Below, piece after piece: positions 61,091 through 64,000 of a stretch of DNA of 64,000 bases (the stretch's first letter is position 1; each line of letters opens with the position of its first letter). The DNA is from Paraphysomonas bandaiensis. Lineage: Eukaryota; Protista; Chrysophyceae. The notes under the pieces were generated by a model. That model made no database searches, was not told the origin of the DNA, and worked only from the letters and a program-made list of their open reading frames with translations. Location of the stretch: NCBI GenBank assembly GCA_965644295.1, contig CBFFRP010000406.1, positions 124,001 to 188,000 of the forward strand. The letters run 5' to 3'. Both the position numbers and the translations under genes were made by a program.

Positions 61091-63714
61091 ATGACAGAAC
61101 TCGATGATGAGATCGAAGCGTTCATGTCGGTGTATCCTGATTCTATTGTATTGGGACCTGCACCAGGCTTTCAGAACCGGCTACTATTTTTTGCTCTTCC
61201 ACGGGGGAGTGTAGATAATTCTTCTAGTTTTGTAGAGGCACAGCTTGAGATTGACATTCCTGATGAGTATCCATGTGTTCCGCCGAAAGTAGAGGTCCTG
61301 AGAACTTGCGGTCTGAATGACGAAGGGAAAACCTTACTGGCAGAAACCAATCGATTTCTGCATGATAATCATAGTGAAGATATGATGCTCTTTATTTTAG
61401 CTGATTTTATTGCAGATCATCTTGATTCTGTCAATGATGGTGAATGCATGATATGCTGGCAGCCTCTTGTTTCGGATGCAGAAAATGGAATGGCTCTGAA
61501 AACTCCTTGCTATCATTGCTTCCACGTGAATTGTCTATGTCACTGGGCTGCTCTGTATCTAAAGCGCGAGTACGACAAAAAGAAAGCGGCAGAACAACCT
61601 CAAGAGCAGCTTCGACTTCGGTCTTTTCAAGGTGAAGTCAAGTCCTGTGAGAGCCAATTGCGAACTCTTGAACAAGAGATGTCTCTCATATTACAGCAGA
61701 AAGAAGCATTTCAGAGGGAGTTGGATAGCTCTATTGAATCGGGTGAGTCTGGTTCCGGAGGTGATATGGATTTGTTGCAGCAAGAGCTCCACGGTCTCAA
61801 TCAGGCCTTAGCGAAATCCGCGTCGTCTAAGAAGAAGCAACGGATACTTAGTCAGATCCATGCGGTGCAGGGGAGGATACAGCGGGCACAGGAGGAAGGA
61901 CCCGTGGACGGTACTAGAAAGGTCCCACAGATTGAGAATGAGATCCAACGCTTGGATGAGGCTGCTAAGAATTGCGAAGGCAAACGATTAAGATTAGCGG
62001 AGAAGTGCGACCTTAGATTGCTTGTCTGTTTGTTGTAACATGGGTTTTCTGTCTGCAGGCTGGACGACGCAAAGAGGGCAGTCTCCGAGGAGGAGCAACA
62101 TGCCATGAAAAAGGATGGCGGTCAGTGGATGGAGGATATCTTTCCCTGCCCCTGTTGTCGGTCTGCACTTGGCAACTGTCTTCCTCATAGTCCGGATATA
62201 TTCCGTCGCTGTTTGCAGGCAGCAGTAGAACGTTGTACCCAGGCTGACGATGAAAACGAAGAAGTTATGCATTGCGGAAGCGTTCAACTAATGAGCCCTG
62301 AACTACAGGAATTGGCGAAGGAAATTCAACGTAAGCAAGCAGAGATGCGGAGGTGCCTGAGTGGACATCACTCATGGAAAAGTGCTGGTGTGCGAAGATG
62401 TGATACCTCTGATAATGCGGAAGAGTTGAGTACCTCTGAAGCTGCAGCTTCCATGAAAGAGAAGCAAAGTATGGCCAGAAGAAAGAGTTCGCCCAGTGTG
62501 AAATCATCAAATCCTGCTTCATCTTCTGCTCCTGCTCGGCGTGTGAAGCGGTTGCAAGATAGAAAGTACTGTGGGCACTCCCAGCGGCATACCAGGCATA
62601 CATATGATGATCCGGAGAGTGGAGCGGATGCTGACTTACAAGAGGCAATTCGGCTTTCTCTTCTTCATTCTGTGGGAGAAGAGCGGAATGTTGATGTTGT
62701 GAAACAAGAAAAACAGCCTCATTCAGCAGCTGCGTCTGAATGTCGCAATGAAGCATGTGTTCCTGTTGATGAGTCAACATCACATGATTCTGACAATGGG
62801 CGTGCAGATATGTGCGTCCTGTGCGATGATAGTTTCGATAGTAGTGATGTGCTTTTCGCTGTTGGACACTGTAATCATGCATGCGTATGTGGGGTAAGTA
62901 GGACAAGATACTGTCATTGGGATATATTCCAATTATATGCATACAGGTATGCGCGCTTCGGAGTCGCTTGCTCTTGAAAAACTTCAATTGCCCCGTCTGT
63001 CGACAGCATTTAGATATTATTATATGCACGAACAACCTTTCCACTTCTTTCAGTGAAATGCTGGATAAGAAAAAGTGCGCTGGGAGTAAGCTCGTTTTGC
63101 ACTCCGCGGGGCAACTCTATGCACCTAAGGCATACATGAATCGAGTGCTAAATAGGCTACAGGAGTTTAGATGTAAAGCGTGTGGAAGGGTACGACATTC
63201 TTATTTGCTGTGATTTTCTGATGCCATGTGATATCTTCAGGTTTTTGGTCCTACAGACAGCCTGCGCACGATATCGAGACATCTATTTAAAGAACACGCT
63301 TTATATATATGTGAGATTTGTGTGGGTGCAACGAATTGCTTTCCAAGTGAAATGGCTGTATACACTGAGGAGCAACTCGCCGATCATAATCGCTCCGGGG
63401 ACAGTAGTACTGGTACTCGAGGACATCCCCGATGCCATCTTTGTTCGAAGTTATTTTTCGACGAGGATGCTCTCAATTCTCACCAAACAGATGTTCATCA
63501 TGTGTGCTTTGTGTGCCAAGCAATGGGTGATTCGAATTCGATGCTTTACAATAGTGCGAATGATTTACATAACCATTTCAAGCAAGCACATCATGTATGC
63601 AAGGTTTGCAAGAAACTCCGCGTTGTGTCTGTATTTAGCAGCGCAGCATCATTAGAGGATCATATGCAACGTACTCATCCCGTCACTAACAATATGATTT
63701 CGAGATATCGATAA
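61091..63714 (+). CDS. RWD-RING (RNF25-like) + UIM + RING-C2H2 (ZNF598/Hel2-like) fusion E3 ubiquitin ligase, 4 exons
   Basis: RWD (DEIEAFMSVY..PDEYPCVPP); RING CMIC..KTPCYHCFHVNCL..CPCCR; UIM DADLQEAIRLSL; second RING CVLC..GHCNH..C..C..CPVCR; zinc-finger array with FPSE..YT..QL..H..GD..RGHP.C..C. Introns 62005-62058, 62894-62946 and 63190-63240 keep the frame. Confidence 0.85.
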
Positions 63715-64000
63715 TAATAATATACCTTACTAACTTATATAGCAGAGTGTAGGGGACATTGTAGAATAGATGGTGGCTTGTGGTACTTAGTTACGTCGTC
63801 CTTGGCAGTATCAGTGTACTTATAAGAGGGAGACATCGCAAATCGCAATACTTATTACATACTAGCGACAAACGTACCCAGTGAAGTGAGTCGAAGAACT
63901 ACATGTCAATAATATTGAATTGCTTTTTGTTGAAGTAGTTAGAGAAATGCATGGATACGTAGATTGTGAAAGCGATACATTGTAAGTCAGAGAATACGAA

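Noticed and set aside
1-64000. CRISPR arrays, tRNA or rRNA genes, or a metabolic gene cluster
   Set aside because: No repeat-spacer periodicity or RNA-gene signatures seen. The sulfotransferase, sugar transporters and sterol reductase are dispersed among unrelated housekeeping genes.

Overview
Gene-dense eukaryotic DNA with short GT-AG introns (mostly about 40-60 nt). The gene content (EML5/6-like and CFAP52-like WD40 proteins, an atypical NDK family, SWEET) suggests a flagellated protist, probably a stramenopile; this is an inference. About 17 protein genes sit mostly in divergent head-to-head pairs, separated by AT-rich spacers holding hAT-type MITEs (CAGG ends, 8-bp TSDs), a family of highly structured non-coding repeats and other dispersed repeats. 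Two (TATG/CATA)n microsatellites lie between divergent genes. Most striking observations: (1) an apparent RNF25-ZNF598/Hel2 fusion joining two ribosome-stalling E3 ligases in one reading frame; (2) an NADPH oxidase with a p22phox-like domain fused N-terminal to the Nox catalytic core; (3) an inverted, near-identical pair of SNU13 genes, each with a U4-like kink-turn 12 nt upstream of the AUG, suggesting autoregulation; (4) a candidate POM121-like transmembrane FG-nucleoporin; (5) a myristoylated EF-hand EML5/6 protein. All family calls come from motif recognition by eye; no database searches were run, and exon boundaries were traced manually.
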